Assembly (NCBI GenBank): GCA_951406725.2
Contig: OX597828.1
Span: 62,992,001 to 63,056,000 of the forward strand
Direction: 5' to 3'
DNA length: 64,000 bases
DNA from: Octopus vulgaris
Lineage: Eukaryota
This document shows positions 13,798-26,650 of this stretch, piece by piece. Every line of letters starts with the position of its first letter. Position 1 is the first letter of the stretch. The notes below the pieces were generated by a model, which ran no database searches, was not told where the DNA came from, and saw only the letters and a list, made by a program, of their open reading frames with translations. The position numbers and the translations under genes are program-made.

Positions 13798-14022
13798 TTA
13801 AACAAAAAACGAATAATAAAATTGACAAGAAGACATGCACAAGGAATGTATTAGCTTGATGCTTGGTGAAATAAGAGTTTCATGTTTCAAGTATGGCTCT
13901 TCATCAGAAAGAAGAAAGGTAAAAGTCCAAAAAAGGAAAAGAAATTGCAAACAGCATGTGTGTGGTTACATTGCTGAAGTGACCAGAAGTAATATATACA
14001 TATATTATATACACAATATATA

Positions 14023-14312
14023 GGCGCAATGGTCCAGTGGTTAGGGCAGCAGACTCGCGGTCGTAGGATCGCGGTTTCGATTCCCAGACCAGACCTGGTG
14101 AGTGTTTATTGAGCAAAAACACCTAAAAGCTCCACGAGGCTCCGGCAGGGGGTGGTGATCCCTGCTGTACTCTTCCACCACTCTTTCTCCTGTTGGCCTG
14201 CTCGCTTAGCCAGCAGGGTGGCGTCATTCGAAGGCTAAAAACAATGCGAACGCATTGTGACCAGCGATGTGTAACAACATCTGATGGTCTGGTCGGTCAC
14301 GTGATCACGGTG
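14023..14312 (+). mobile_element. Young tRNA-derived SINE with 16-bp TSD
   Basis: A box TGGTCCAGTGG and B box GTTTCGATTCC; CpGs retained. Flanked by ATATACACAATATATA at 14007-14022 and 14313-14328. Confidence 0.85.
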
Positions 14313-14932
14313 ATATACACAATATATATACATATATACACAACAGATTTCTTTCAGATTTTGTCTACCAAGTCCACTCACAAGGTTTTGGTCAGTCTGG
14401 AGCCATACTAGAAGACATTTGCAGCGCAAAGGGGATGAACCTGGAACCATATGCTTCACAAGCAAACATCTTACCATACAATCATGTCACACATCTATCT
14501 ATATACATACATATATTTACATGTACACACACACACATATATACACACACACATTATCATCATTTAACATCCTTTTTCCATGCTAACATGGGTTGGACAA
14601 TTTGACAGAACTGGTAAGCTGAAGAGCTGCACCAGGTTCCAATCTGAGTTAACATGGTTTCTACGACTGGATGCCCTTCCTAACACCAACCACTCCAAGA
14701 GTTTAGTGGGTGCTTTTTACTTGCCACCGGCACAGGTGCCAATTCCATAACACCAGCATCGGCCATGACTAAAATCTCATTTGGCTCGACAGGTCTTCTC
14801 AAGCACGGTATATTGGCAAAGGTCTCAGTCACTGCCTCTTTGAGGCTCAACATTCGAATGGTGCCTTTTTATGTGCCACTTACACTGGCATCAACCATGA
14901 CTACAATTTCACTTGGCTTCACAGGTTTTCTG

Positions 14933-14963
<31 letters not shown>

Positions 14964-14982
14964 TATATATATATACACACAC

Positions 14983-15045
<63 letters not shown>

Positions 15046-15355
15046 CACACATATATATATATATACACACATATATATATATATATACACACACACATAT
15101 ATATACACATGTATATATACACACATATATACACACATATATATACACACACATATATATATATACACATATATATAAATACACACACACATATATATAA
15201 ATATATACACACACACACATTATATATATATATACACACACACATATATACACACACACATACACACACATATATATACACACATATATATACACACACA
15301 TATATATACACACACACACACACATATATATACACACACACACGCATACACATAT
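14933..15355. repeat. (TA)n/(CA)n compound microsatellite
   Basis: Direct reading. Confidence 0.95.
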
Positions 15356-15361
15356 AGACAT

Positions 15362-15665
15362 GAAGGCATGTAGCTTAGTGGTTAGGGTATCCAGCTCATG
15401 AGTACAATTCTGGCAACACTGTGTCCTTGAGCAAGATACTTCATTTCACGTTGCTCCAGTCTCCACACAGCTGGCAAAACTGAGTTGTACCTGTAATTCC
15501 AAAGGGGCCAGCCTTGTCACACTGTGTCATGCTGAATCTTCCTGAGAACTGCATGAAGGGTACATGTTTCTGTGGAGTGCTCGGCCACTTGGCATGGTAA
15601 TCTGACAAGCAAGCTGTTCCATTGATCAGATCAACTGGAACTCCCGTCATCGTAAGCAACGAAAT
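15362..15665 (+). mobile_element. tRNA-derived CORE-like SINE family D
   Basis: TAGCTTAGTGGTTAG A box and GTGTCCTTGAGCAAG core. Homologous inverted copy at ~5380-5680. Confidence 0.75.
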
Positions 15666-15918
15666 GCGAGAGAGAGAGAGAGAGAGAGAGACATATACTC
15701 ATTTTACAATTGAACATTGTATAAGAATTGGCAAAATATAAAGAGAGAAGTGAGTGAGAGCAAGGAGTAGTGGGAGGGAGATGAACAAGAGAGAGGGGTA
15801 AAGGCAGAGAAAAGTTAATAGAAAGGGAGAGAATGGATATTATAAAGAAGAATGTGAGGGGGGGGAATGAGAAATGAGAAAAAGAGAAAAAGAAATACAA
15901 AAGAAAAATGGTTTTTAC

Positions 15919-16062
15919 CTGATGGCATCTGTATAAGTCTAATGCTCTGCGGATGTCAAACTTGCGGGCCATAAGAAACTTAACTGCCGTCTTCCAGGGT
16001 AATGGCTGCTTGCCATTTTGGATATAGTAGTAGTTGACCTCTTCAATGAACTTCTTGACTTT
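15919..16062 (-). CDS. PTPN9: Internal coding exon (144 nt, phase 0-0) of PTPN9/MEG2-like tyrosine phosphatase, CRAL-TRIO N-terminal region
   Basis: Minus strand ...tgtccatttcag|AAAGTC...CATCAG|gtaaaa. Translates to KVKKFIEEVNYYYIQNGKQPLPWKTAVKFLMARKFDIRRALDLYRCHQ. The AVKFLMARKFD motif and the 48-codon size match vertebrate PTPN9 exon 2 as I recall it. Confidence 0.93.
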
Positions 16063-16653
16063 CTGAAATGGACAATATTGGTGATGTGTAAGTGACCAGA
16101 TTGGTATAACAAGTTGGTGGAAGAAATAAGGGTCAGGGGTAGTGATATAAAAGGGGTGTTGAAATATCATAATTTTAAAATAATGCTGGTTATACAGACC
16201 ATACTGGATATCTAGTCAGTTGCTAGGTGATCTATTTGCTGCCAGTTACAGAAAGCTTCATACAACTTCACACATTCAATCCTGCCAGGGTCACAGCAAA
16301 CTATACCCCAGGGATGAACAGCACATGCTACATCCAGTCAGAGACACAAGGAACTATGTTGAAGAAGCTAGAGATGGTTTTCAGCGAGGATAAAACAAAA
16401 GTTTTGCTAAGTACATATATCTTGCACCCCACTCTCTCTCAACATTATATATATATATATATATATATATACAGAGAGAGAGAGAGAGAGGGCGGGGGGG
16501 GGGGGGCGGAAAGGCAAGAGTAACTACGGACTATATAGAACACTCAGTTTTAAACACTGTCAGAGGAATTGTGAGCATACAAGTTACATTACTCTCCAAA
16601 TTCTGAAAGGAAAAGAAAGGTGTTTGTATATTATTTAAAGTGAAAATATATCT

Positions 16654-16722
<69 letters not shown>

Positions 16723-17358
16723 TGTGTGTGAACTCCAAAATATTATCAAATCAAGTCCAAAAACAAAGCAAAGCAAAAATGACCAACAAAAATGTTATTA
16801 AAAAATTTGAAATAAAAAAAAAAGCAAGAACAAAAACATGTAGAAATCCCATGTTAACATGGAAACAGTATTTGGAAAAAGAAAAACAACTTAAAACCTG
16901 ATTTTACAAAACAAGAACTGGGGGAGGTACTCAAGAGAATATTAGATCAATTTTGCCAAAATTAAATAAGAGACCAATCTCTAGAGTGCTAGCCATCGCA
17001 TAATGGATGATGGCCTTACTTTATGTCACGGGGGACACTTTTATCTCTAACTAATTTCTGATGATGTCAGATGCTATGATTATTATAATTTTAACATATC
17101 TACTCACTCTTAATTTGTTCGGGCAAATTCAATCATAAAATAGGTTGATCACTGTTGTATTTCATCTTCAGAGAAGAACATCTCCCTTAATCAAATTTCT
17201 ACTTTATTTAGATTTCATGGTAATTATAAAAAATAATGAAATCAACTCAAAAGTTATAAAATGATATAAAATAAAAACAGATTTCTCATTTGCAGATTTG
17301 CAATAAATCTATATTATCAATAACAATATATTCTATTAATGACAATAATACTGTTTAA

Positions 17359-17529
17359 CCCTTCTGATATCAAACTACATGTGACTGTCCCTGGCTCTAA
17401 GATAGATGGTAGCTTAATTTATGCTCCAAGTTTCAGCTTAATGACAAAGTTATTTTACTAAATTCTTTATTTTCAAGATTTAATGAAACAAAAGCAGTCT
17501 ATTTCAATGAAAATATGGTAAGAAAAGGG
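17359..17529. mobile_element. Possible piggyBac-like MITE remnant (related inverted copy at ~63118-63340)
   Basis: ttaa|CCCTT...AAGGG|tt termini. Internal gttattttactaaa and aaatatggta are shared in reverse orientation with the 63.1-63.3 kb segment. Confidence 0.4.
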
Positions 17530-19694
17530 TTCGCTATCAATTTATTAAAGATGTAATATGACTTGATATTACCAACGGTGTATATACCAGCATCACCTTA
17601 CAACATGGAACAGATAACACTCTAGTTAGTATATGGCAACTAAGGGAGACAAATCCAATACTCAGAATTATCTCCCTTTAGAGGATGGACAAATGGAGAT
17701 GGAGACACACTGCCAATTTAATTTATAGATATTTAGTTTCAGATTCCAAGTATTTCAAATACATCAAGAATATCTTTTTTCATGCTTTACTATGTTAGAT
17801 GGTGGGGGGAACCAAATGGCCATATCTGGAGGACTTTTAATAATGAGAGTCTACATAAATGGTATTGACATGAGGAGCAACAGTGTCAACAACTTTTGTC
17901 TAGAAACAGAACAAAAATTCATTTTCTTCTGAGGATTGATACACTTTGTACCAGTGATATACTGGGAGCATGTCAAATAGATTCCACTTTTCTCTTCCAC
18001 ATAAATATTAGTCTTGTGACCAAAATGAAAGTTACTATTGCCCATTATCGAACAGACTCTCCTGTATCCTATTCTAATTTACAGCTGAAACAACTTGCAT
18101 CAGAAATATCTTTAATTAGACTCTCCAGCTTAGCTTCACCTACATTTTCTCAGGCAATAATGCTTTATTAAAGCAGCTGATTTATGCTCATAATTGGAGA
18201 AGGAAACTGGATAATTCTCAGAGGAGTACTCAACAAATCATAAAACCGTCCATCAGGAGACTCCCCCCCACTTTTTCCCCTGCAATAATATAGAAACAAT
18301 GTAATTACAATTCAACTTTATAATGTTTAAATTTCCTTCAATTCTTCTGAATAAAATATCATTTTTATTAAAGACAAACTGTCAAAAGCACAAATATGCA
18401 AATTAAGCTATCCACTATGGTTCTACCCTAATTTATGACTGCATCACATGGCAGCTGATCTATGCTTTGATTAGGGAAGTAAGCTTGATAGGCCTTCTCT
18501 GAGAAGAGATCAACTGTAAAATCCACCCTCTTTTTTCAGCACATCACTATCATAGAAAGAATGTGTTTGCATTTGTATTTCCCTTACAGCGAGGCTTTCC
18601 AGTGCTTAAAGATATTATTATTATTATTATTATTTAGGGCAGTGAACTGACAGAATTATTAGAGAACCAGACAAAATGCCCGACAGTATTTTTGCTAGCT
18701 CTTACGTTCTGAGTTCAAAATTCCAAAGTTGATTTTTGCCTTTCCACCCTTTCAGATGTAGAATAAATACCATCCAAGTATTGGAAGTGATGTGACTGAC
18801 ACCTTCTCCATCCAAAATTTCAGGCTTTGAAAAGGATTATCGTTATCATTACATCAGTAATTTCCTTCAGGAAAAATGACTAACTTAACATTTTCAAACA
18901 ATGAGACATTATCATCATCATCATTTAAGGCAGTGAGCTCACAGAATCATTAGCATGCTGGACAAAATGCTTAGCGGTGTTTCACCCGGTTGACTTAGCC
19001 TTTCATCCTTTTGGGGTCGATAAAATAAGTACCAGATGAACACTGGGGCCAATGTAATCGCCTTACCCCTTCTCCAAAAGCGCTGCCCTTGTGGCAAAAT
19101 TATTATTATCATTATGAGTGGAAGGAGTGATAAAATGCTTTCCAGATCCAATCAAAGTTGGCTTCATTTTTCATCCAAGCTCAATAGAGTGATTTCTGAT
19201 TTAGACCGAAGGCCACTAATCTGGTGGGCAGGGTTTAATCAATTCTGATTCCATTGACCCCAGCACTTGACTGATACTTTATTTTCTTAACCCTTGAGGG
19301 ATGGAAGGCAAAGTTGACAAAGGTGGAAATTGAACTCAGAGTGTAAAGAGTTATAAGAAATACCTCAAAGCATTTCTTCCAATACTGAAACCATTCTGCC
19401 ATCCTTTCTGCCTTCTAAGCTGAATAAAGTAAGTGGCAGCAGTCAAAAGGTGGGATACATATTGTTAGAGTCAATTCTACTGACAGATTTTCTGGCCAGA
19501 GCGGGGGGTCGTCATTAAGATTGGGGATAAGTTCTGCATTGAAGCTGACAGCAACCAAATCTGTCGGAATATTCATGCAAAGTAAACAAAACATACAGCA
19601 GGCAAATCATCCAGTAATCCATGCATTGTGGATTTTGTTGGATTATATAAAACATTTGTTATCGCATGCAGATGGATCTGGCTATCGTCTAAGC

Positions 19695-19933
19695 CAGTGG
19701 TTCCCAAACCTTTTCAGGCCCACCACCCTTGGTTCTAAGGCCACATTCCTAGTGTCTCCTCCCACCTTCTCACCATCACAAACATAAACCATTTTCTGCA
19801 GCAAATTCAAAACAACACTATTTCACAAATGTTTTTTTTTTACATCCATTGCCCTGTTTTGGTCACCCCATTATCACCTCGTTCTCCCCCACCTCGAATC
19901 TTTCCACAGTACTGCCCACATTGGGAACCACTG
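19695..19933. mobile_element. hAT (Charlie-like) MITE
   Basis: TIRs CAGTGGTTCCCAA / TTGGGAACCACTG and an 8-bp near-TSD gtctaagc / atctaagc. Confidence 0.85.
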
Positions 19934-21171
19934 ATCTAAGCCTTTTGTAGAGATCAAACCACCACTTTCCTTGTCAAGGAAGAGTGGGTCGTCGTCTGTT
20001 TAGTTGTGATGACAGAGGAAGTTTATAATGGAAGTTATAAAGGAAAGCGATTTTGTGGACAGTGTTTTTTTTTTCTCTTTCTCAGGACAAGCTCTTATCA
20101 AGTTTTAAGTTCTACTTCAGGAGGAAAGTAAGGGTAGGAAGTGCTGTGCTGCTCTTCGGTAAATTTTACAAAAGGTGGAAACAAAAATTTTTTTTTTTAA
20201 TTAAAAACAATAAAATAATAAAAATTAAACAAAATTTTACTCAAAATAAAAATGAAGGAGGAAGAACCAATAATACTAACCCCCTAACCCCTTCACCACT
20301 ACAATTATTTGAAAACCACATTTGACAGGGTGCAAAGAGAGGAACTGAAGACTTGAAGAAACAAAAACAAAAAGTGGCAGGAGGTGAAGGCAGAGCAGAA
20401 ATATTACTGAAGGTGCCAAAAAGGAATTTATTATATACATTATACACACATATATATATAAATAAATAATTTTTGAAGGTGGAATTGCAAGCAGATAAAG
20501 CTATAAATAATAGTGTTTGAACATTGGGTCAAAGAACTGTTTAAATGGAGAATTGAGGAACGTGAGTGAATCCACATCCGTAGAAACATGACATGTTCTG
20601 CCACTTTTTCCTTAAACCCAATATTTAAGTTCTATTATTTACAGCTTTGGGTTCCACTAATAAAAATCATTTATTTTATGTCTCTTGAAGTTTCTAAAAT
20701 CTTATGGTATTCATCTATCCTCGTTTATCACTGAGCCATTCTGCTTATCACTGATTCATCTGTGGTAACATGGGTTAGCGATCAGTCAAAGGCTCTGCTT
20801 GTACTGCAAAAACGTACCCCAGTAAAGGCTCAGCTACCCACAACACACTGACCATGCTGCAAGGCTGCATGTTTTTTTTTTTTTAATATGGATTTATATA
20901 ATTTTACCCATGAACATAGGACCAGTAATTAGAAAAAATATGAAGGCACCTGATTTAAAGAAATGAGTGTATTCTCTACGGGAAAAGGTAGAGATGATCA
21001 AGAAAAAAACAGAACAAGAGTTTTGATGCTGTGAGTCCAGAGTTTGGTGTCAAGAGCACCATTCATTCCATTTACAAAGTGTGTGAAGATGATTCATTTA
21101 TCAGTTTGGTTTTTTAGAACCAAACCCGGGTGATAAACGAGGATAGATGTGTGTGAGCATGTATGTGAGTG

Positions 21172-21210
<39 letters not shown>

Positions 21211-21374
21211 TGTGGTATTTAATGGCAGTGTGTGGGTGTGTATATAACAGAATACCTGGAATCAGTAAAAAAGGCCGAAGGGTGTATACAAGATGGGTGA
21301 AACAGCAATAATCCTCAGATAGTTTGAAGCAATGGTGTGGAAAAAAACAAAACCAGACTTTTAAGGTCGCTCAC

Positions 21375-21392
21375 CTGGATCTAGCTTGAAGA
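21375..21392 (-). other. Candidate 18-nt microexon in the 5' part of the PTPN9-like gene
   Basis: Strong acceptor ttgttttctcttttag| and donor CCAG|gtgagc enclose TCTTCAAGCTAGATCCAG. Open in phase 1 (xFKLDP) and phase 2; TAG stop in phase 0. Confidence 0.5.
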
Positions 21393-22252
21393 CTAAAAGA
21401 GAAAACAATTGCAAAAATAATCATAGCAATCAAAATATAATATTTGGGGAATAAAAGATGTTTTGGCACAGCTGGTTTGGTGCCACTTATCCCTGCCTCC
21501 CTCCCTGTCGTGCGCGCGCGCGCGTGTGTGTGTGTATGACTTTGCATCCAGCACCAAAAAGTAGTCACCAAAACAGACAGTCAACTGCACCAAATCATCT
21601 CATTCATATAATATATGTATATGTATGTGTGTGTATGTATATATATATATATTATACACACACACATATACACACAGCCATCTCTCACATTTCAAAAAGT
21701 GCTCTGTTCTTGAAAGCTTTTTTACTACAACATCAAATTCCATAATATGAAACCTATTTCCCCATTGATGTCCAAGATGTAATTTGAGAAATGTCCTGGG
21801 GAAAATAAACAGGTCATAGAATCACTTTTATGCAAGAAAATAACCATTTTTAAGCACATACAGTACAAAATACATAAAACAAACAACTGAACAGAAATAT
21901 ATAAAGGAATAAATAAGAATAAGGTTTAATCTCACGCTTGAATGACCATGGTGTTTATCAGTCCATTACGTCTAACCTGATCGTCAAGCCACACACTTAG
22001 GAGCCGTTTCATATTAAATATTACAACACATCTATGAAATAACAATGTTAATGGAGTAGTTGTTTGAGCATTTCAACCAACTTTATCGTCATGTCTCTCC
22101 ACAGCTTTTGTGCTTTAAAGATTTTTGCAATACAGTTAAGTTTTGCTTCCACACGAAATCTTTGTAAAGCATTAAGTTTAACAGCCAACATGACCCGATT
22201 ACATCTTCATTTCATATTAACATGTTCCCTTACATTTGATGGCTTCCTTCTC

Positions 22253-22478
22253 ATTTCTTTACTGCCCACAAGGGGTTATACACTGAGGGGACAAACAAGG
22301 ACAAACGGATTAAGTCGATTATATCGACCCCAGTGTGTAACTGGTACTTATTTAATCAACCCGAAAGGATGAAAGGCAAAGTCGATCTCGGCAGAATTTG
22401 AACTCAGAACATAGTGGCAGACGAAATACTGCTAAGCATTTCGCCCGGCGCACTAATGTTTCTGCCAACTTGCCGCCT
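22253..22478 (-). mobile_element. SINE family A copy
   Basis: Near-identical to 50346-50572. Confidence 0.85.
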
Positions 22479-23516
22479 TCTGATGGCTTCAGCATAAATA
22501 TGGGTAATGCACCATACTGCAAATACCATAGAAGTGAAATCTGTGACAACCCAAGAAATTCAAATCAAATATGGACAATTTCTCTGTTATTTCTTTACAT
22601 CAGTGCAGGCCTGGCTGTGTGGTTAAGAAGTTCACTTTGCAACCACATGGTTTTGGGTTCAGTCCCAGTGCACAGCACCTTGGGCAAGCATCTTCTATTA
22701 TAACTCCAGGCCAACCAATGTTTTGTGAGTGAATTTGGTAGACAGAAACTGTTCAACCCTACCCTCCAAACAGTGCCCCAGCCTGACCCCCATACAAGGG
22801 AAAAAAAACAAGTAAAAGACTTCTACATATTATTTCTATCATGATTTTAGTTTCTAAAGTCTATTAAATCTACCCAAGTTTCCAAAAGAGCAGGATTCCA
22901 GAACCAAACTTTCCACAACACAACAGTCCCTGCACAAATGTAGTGTGTGTGTTTAAGCTTTTAAATATAAATTATGCATAAGAAAGTTACAAGCATGGCT
23001 TAAGACATATAAAAGTGAGCAGATTCTCTCAAGCGAATGAAGCCAAGCATTGAACAGCGTAAAAGATCATTTTTATCACAAAAAAATCATCGTGGTTCCT
23101 AAATGTGAAGTTGGGCTTCTTGTAGGTTTTAATGCAATAAAAACAATTTTTCATGACTATGTGCTGCTGAAATTGAGGTGCTTCTGATATGTCCGTACAT
23201 CTTATATGTCATCAAATGTGGTAGTACTATATATGCTGAACAAATCCATTACCAGTTACACCAAGGAGACTCTGAACTAGTTTATCTGTCAAAATAACAC
23301 CTATAAAAATGTTATTGGGAAAACTAATGGAATTAGTTCCTTTCACATGATAAGGATCACAGGGAATTTCTTTGACATTTATGATGCTTACAGCTAAAAG
23401 ATGGTTGAGAGGATTTCTTGTAAGACTTATCAAGAATGCGACACAAACAAATCAAAGACCCATGAGCTTTCGACATAACATGTTGATGAATTTTTACATA
23501 CATGCATGCATGCATG

Positions 23517-23653
<137 letters not shown>

Positions 23654-24556
23654 TATGTGTGTATGTATATATGCAGAAAGGGTTATAATCCAAGCTGTGT
23701 CTTCATGATACATATCTGTATATTCCAGTTCGCTATACATCTTATATGAGAGTTGAAAATACTGTTAGATACTGGAAAATTACATTAAAACAGAGAAGTG
23801 GGAAATGTTTTGGTATTATTTATTCTGTATTACATATTTATCTTCTGTTGGTAATGAAACATGTAACATGGACTAAGTAATACCAAAACATTTTCTAGTT
23901 TTCTGCTTTAATACATATGAAGCACATTGAGAGCTTTCCACCCAATCACCTACTTTAACTATATGAGTGAGATTTTCAACTCTAGCCTCATGAACACAGA
24001 TTTATCCTAGCATGTTGGCCAATCACATTATAAGCATTGGAGAAACCCCATCAGTTTTTTTCTCCTCAATGAAATCTGAAGAAATCTGAGTCTTGCCACA
24101 CCCAGTTATTAAACACACACAGATACACAAACACACATGTTAAAATTCACCATTCCACCCCGCTCACCCCCAAGTCCCTACCCTACGTCTCCCTGGCCCC
24201 AACCCCACCCTATAAGCAAATAATCTCTATATCATGGTGCTTTCTACTGCTCGCAATCCAAAAGTATAATTCCAATGAATTCAATTTTTCTCACTGGGTT
24301 TTGACTTTGGATATTTTTATTCCAGTTTTTCTCTTCCTACAACAGCCATAAGACCAATAAACCAGATGTGACACTTTCAAATCTCCAATGGCAAAGAACC
24401 CACACCAAACTATTCTTTCCAGGTCTTTTCTGTTACTTGTTGGGCTTACCTCAATTCCTTGTATGAAACTGATGGATTAAATAGCTCATAAGACGATCTG
24501 ATATTGTATTTTATTAATAATGATAATGCACATTTATACATACACTCACATACACA

Positions 24557-24598
<42 letters not shown>

Positions 24599-26650
24599 AA
24601 TAATGATGAAAGGAAGATGAGGTTTTAATAAAAACAATACAAATAAATTATAAAGCTCTGAAAGACATGGCAGATACCAAAAACCTACATATATGTTTCG
24701 GTTCATGGCCCTAGGTGATTAGTAATTCTAAGCATTTGGGTAGGGTCATATGCTAAGAATTGGTCATCGTTTTCAACTAGTGGGAAAGAATCTCATCAGG
24801 GTTTTATGCGCTTATACTACAAAGGTGAACATATTTCTTGAAACAATGCAGACGAATTACTAATAAGTTTAAAAAGTTAGATCATATATAATATGCGTAT
24901 GCATTTAGCTTGTGAATTATAGATATAAGTAAAGATAAAAGAAAATTTTTTAAAAATTAAAATAACATAAATAAAGGTAAAGTAAGAAGATATAATATAA
25001 AAAGTAAAGGAAAATATAAATGTATGTAAAATAGTATATAAATTTAAATAAAAAGAAAGCACAATACTTAAATATGTAAGGGAAGAATTATATAATAAAA
25101 TATGAACGAGGTCATTGCTAGTGCTGCTGGACTGGCTCCTGTGCAGGTGGCATGTAAAAAAACACCATTTGAGCATGGCCATTGCCAGTACCGCCTGACT
25201 GGCACATAAAAAGCACCCACTACACTCTCGGAGTGGTTGGCGTTAGGAAGGGCATCCAGCTTAGAAACTCTGCCAGATCAGATTGGAGCCTGGTGCAGCC
25301 ATCTGGTTCGCCAGACCTCAGTCAAATTGTCCAACCCATGCCAGCATGGAAAGCGAACGTTAAACGATGATGATGATATATACATACATATATGTATATA
25401 CATACACTCAAAATATATATATTTATTAAATTTATTTTCTATTATCAGAAAGGTTAAGTAGTTAGAGTTATGTTATGGGAAGCTTAATAATTTCTAGAAT
25501 TGATCGGTTAAGAGGTCAAATAAAGAGAAAAGTTGAACGAAGGAGTGAAGAGAAAAAGAATAAAAATATAATGAAATAAAATGTAGTAGAATATACTGGA
25601 GTGTATATTGGGTATTTGTTATAATGAAGCATAATATGTTTGTAATTATTAACTAAAATAAGTCAATTGGAGATTATATCTTTATGTGTAGGAATATCAT
25701 ATTACATTATATGAAGAAAAAATGCAATATTTGTATTTAAGAAGGATTTTATTTTTTTGCTGAGGTAGATTGGCTTAGAACTATTTAGCAGTTAAACCAA
25801 GTGTTGATATTTAAAGATAATTCAACAAATATGAATTATAATATAATTTTTATTCTGTAAAAATAAGAAATAATGCCTATGCTAGGAATTTATAGGTCAG
25901 GAGATGTTATATATATTATGAAAGAAATAAAGTTGACTGGTTTACATATATTATGCATATGTTTGAAATACAGTCACCCCTCATCGTATTGCAGTTCATT
26001 TATCGCACACTCAGCACATCAGGGATTCTTATCATTCCTTCGCATTGTACTTGTTTTACATGTTTGTTTTTTTATAAATGCAATGCCCTACGTGTTTTTC
26101 GGCCCCTTACAACATATATCACTTTTCCATACTTTTATTTATTTATTTATTTATACCAACCCGTATAACGGTCTTAATAGCTTGCCCTTTGTTTTTAAAT
26201 TTAACTGACCAATTATATCGAACACTGGGACCTTGGTCAATCCCATTATGGGCAATAGGTGGTTGGACTTCATCACATATCAGTAAGTAAATAATTGAAA
26301 TTGTCAGGCACTTTATTATGATAAAAACTATTAATTACTACTATAAACATAATTATTAAGAACTATTATGATTTCTTCAAAATGTTATGGTACTCTCAGT
26401 CCCTCTTTGACTAAACCAATTAAGGTTATCCCATTATTGTAAATTTTTTAATCTTTTATTACTTATCCACCCTAATACCCCCATAAAAAAATCAACTCAC
26501 CAATTACTATTTTAAGTTTAGTCATTTACTCAATGTCCCAAAGCAACCCATAAGCAAAATGCTATGATTTTTAAAATCCTATTCAGCCTTTCCTTTTCCT
26601 CTCGAGGCTCCTCTTCTTTTTTCTTTTCTTTTCTTTTATGTATTTTTCTT

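Noticed and set aside
14023-14095. tRNA gene
   Set aside because: No acceptor-stem closure; it is the head of a SINE with body and TSD.
15631-16170. 179-aa ORF as a complete gene
   Set aside because: Only 15919-16062 is exon; the flanks are intronic read-through past clear splice sites.
19415-19576. Minus-strand short ORF MNIPTDLVAVSFNAELIPNLNDDPPLWPENLS... as PTPN9 first exon
   Set aside because: No strong phase-0 donor and no recognisable homology, so it is left uncalled.
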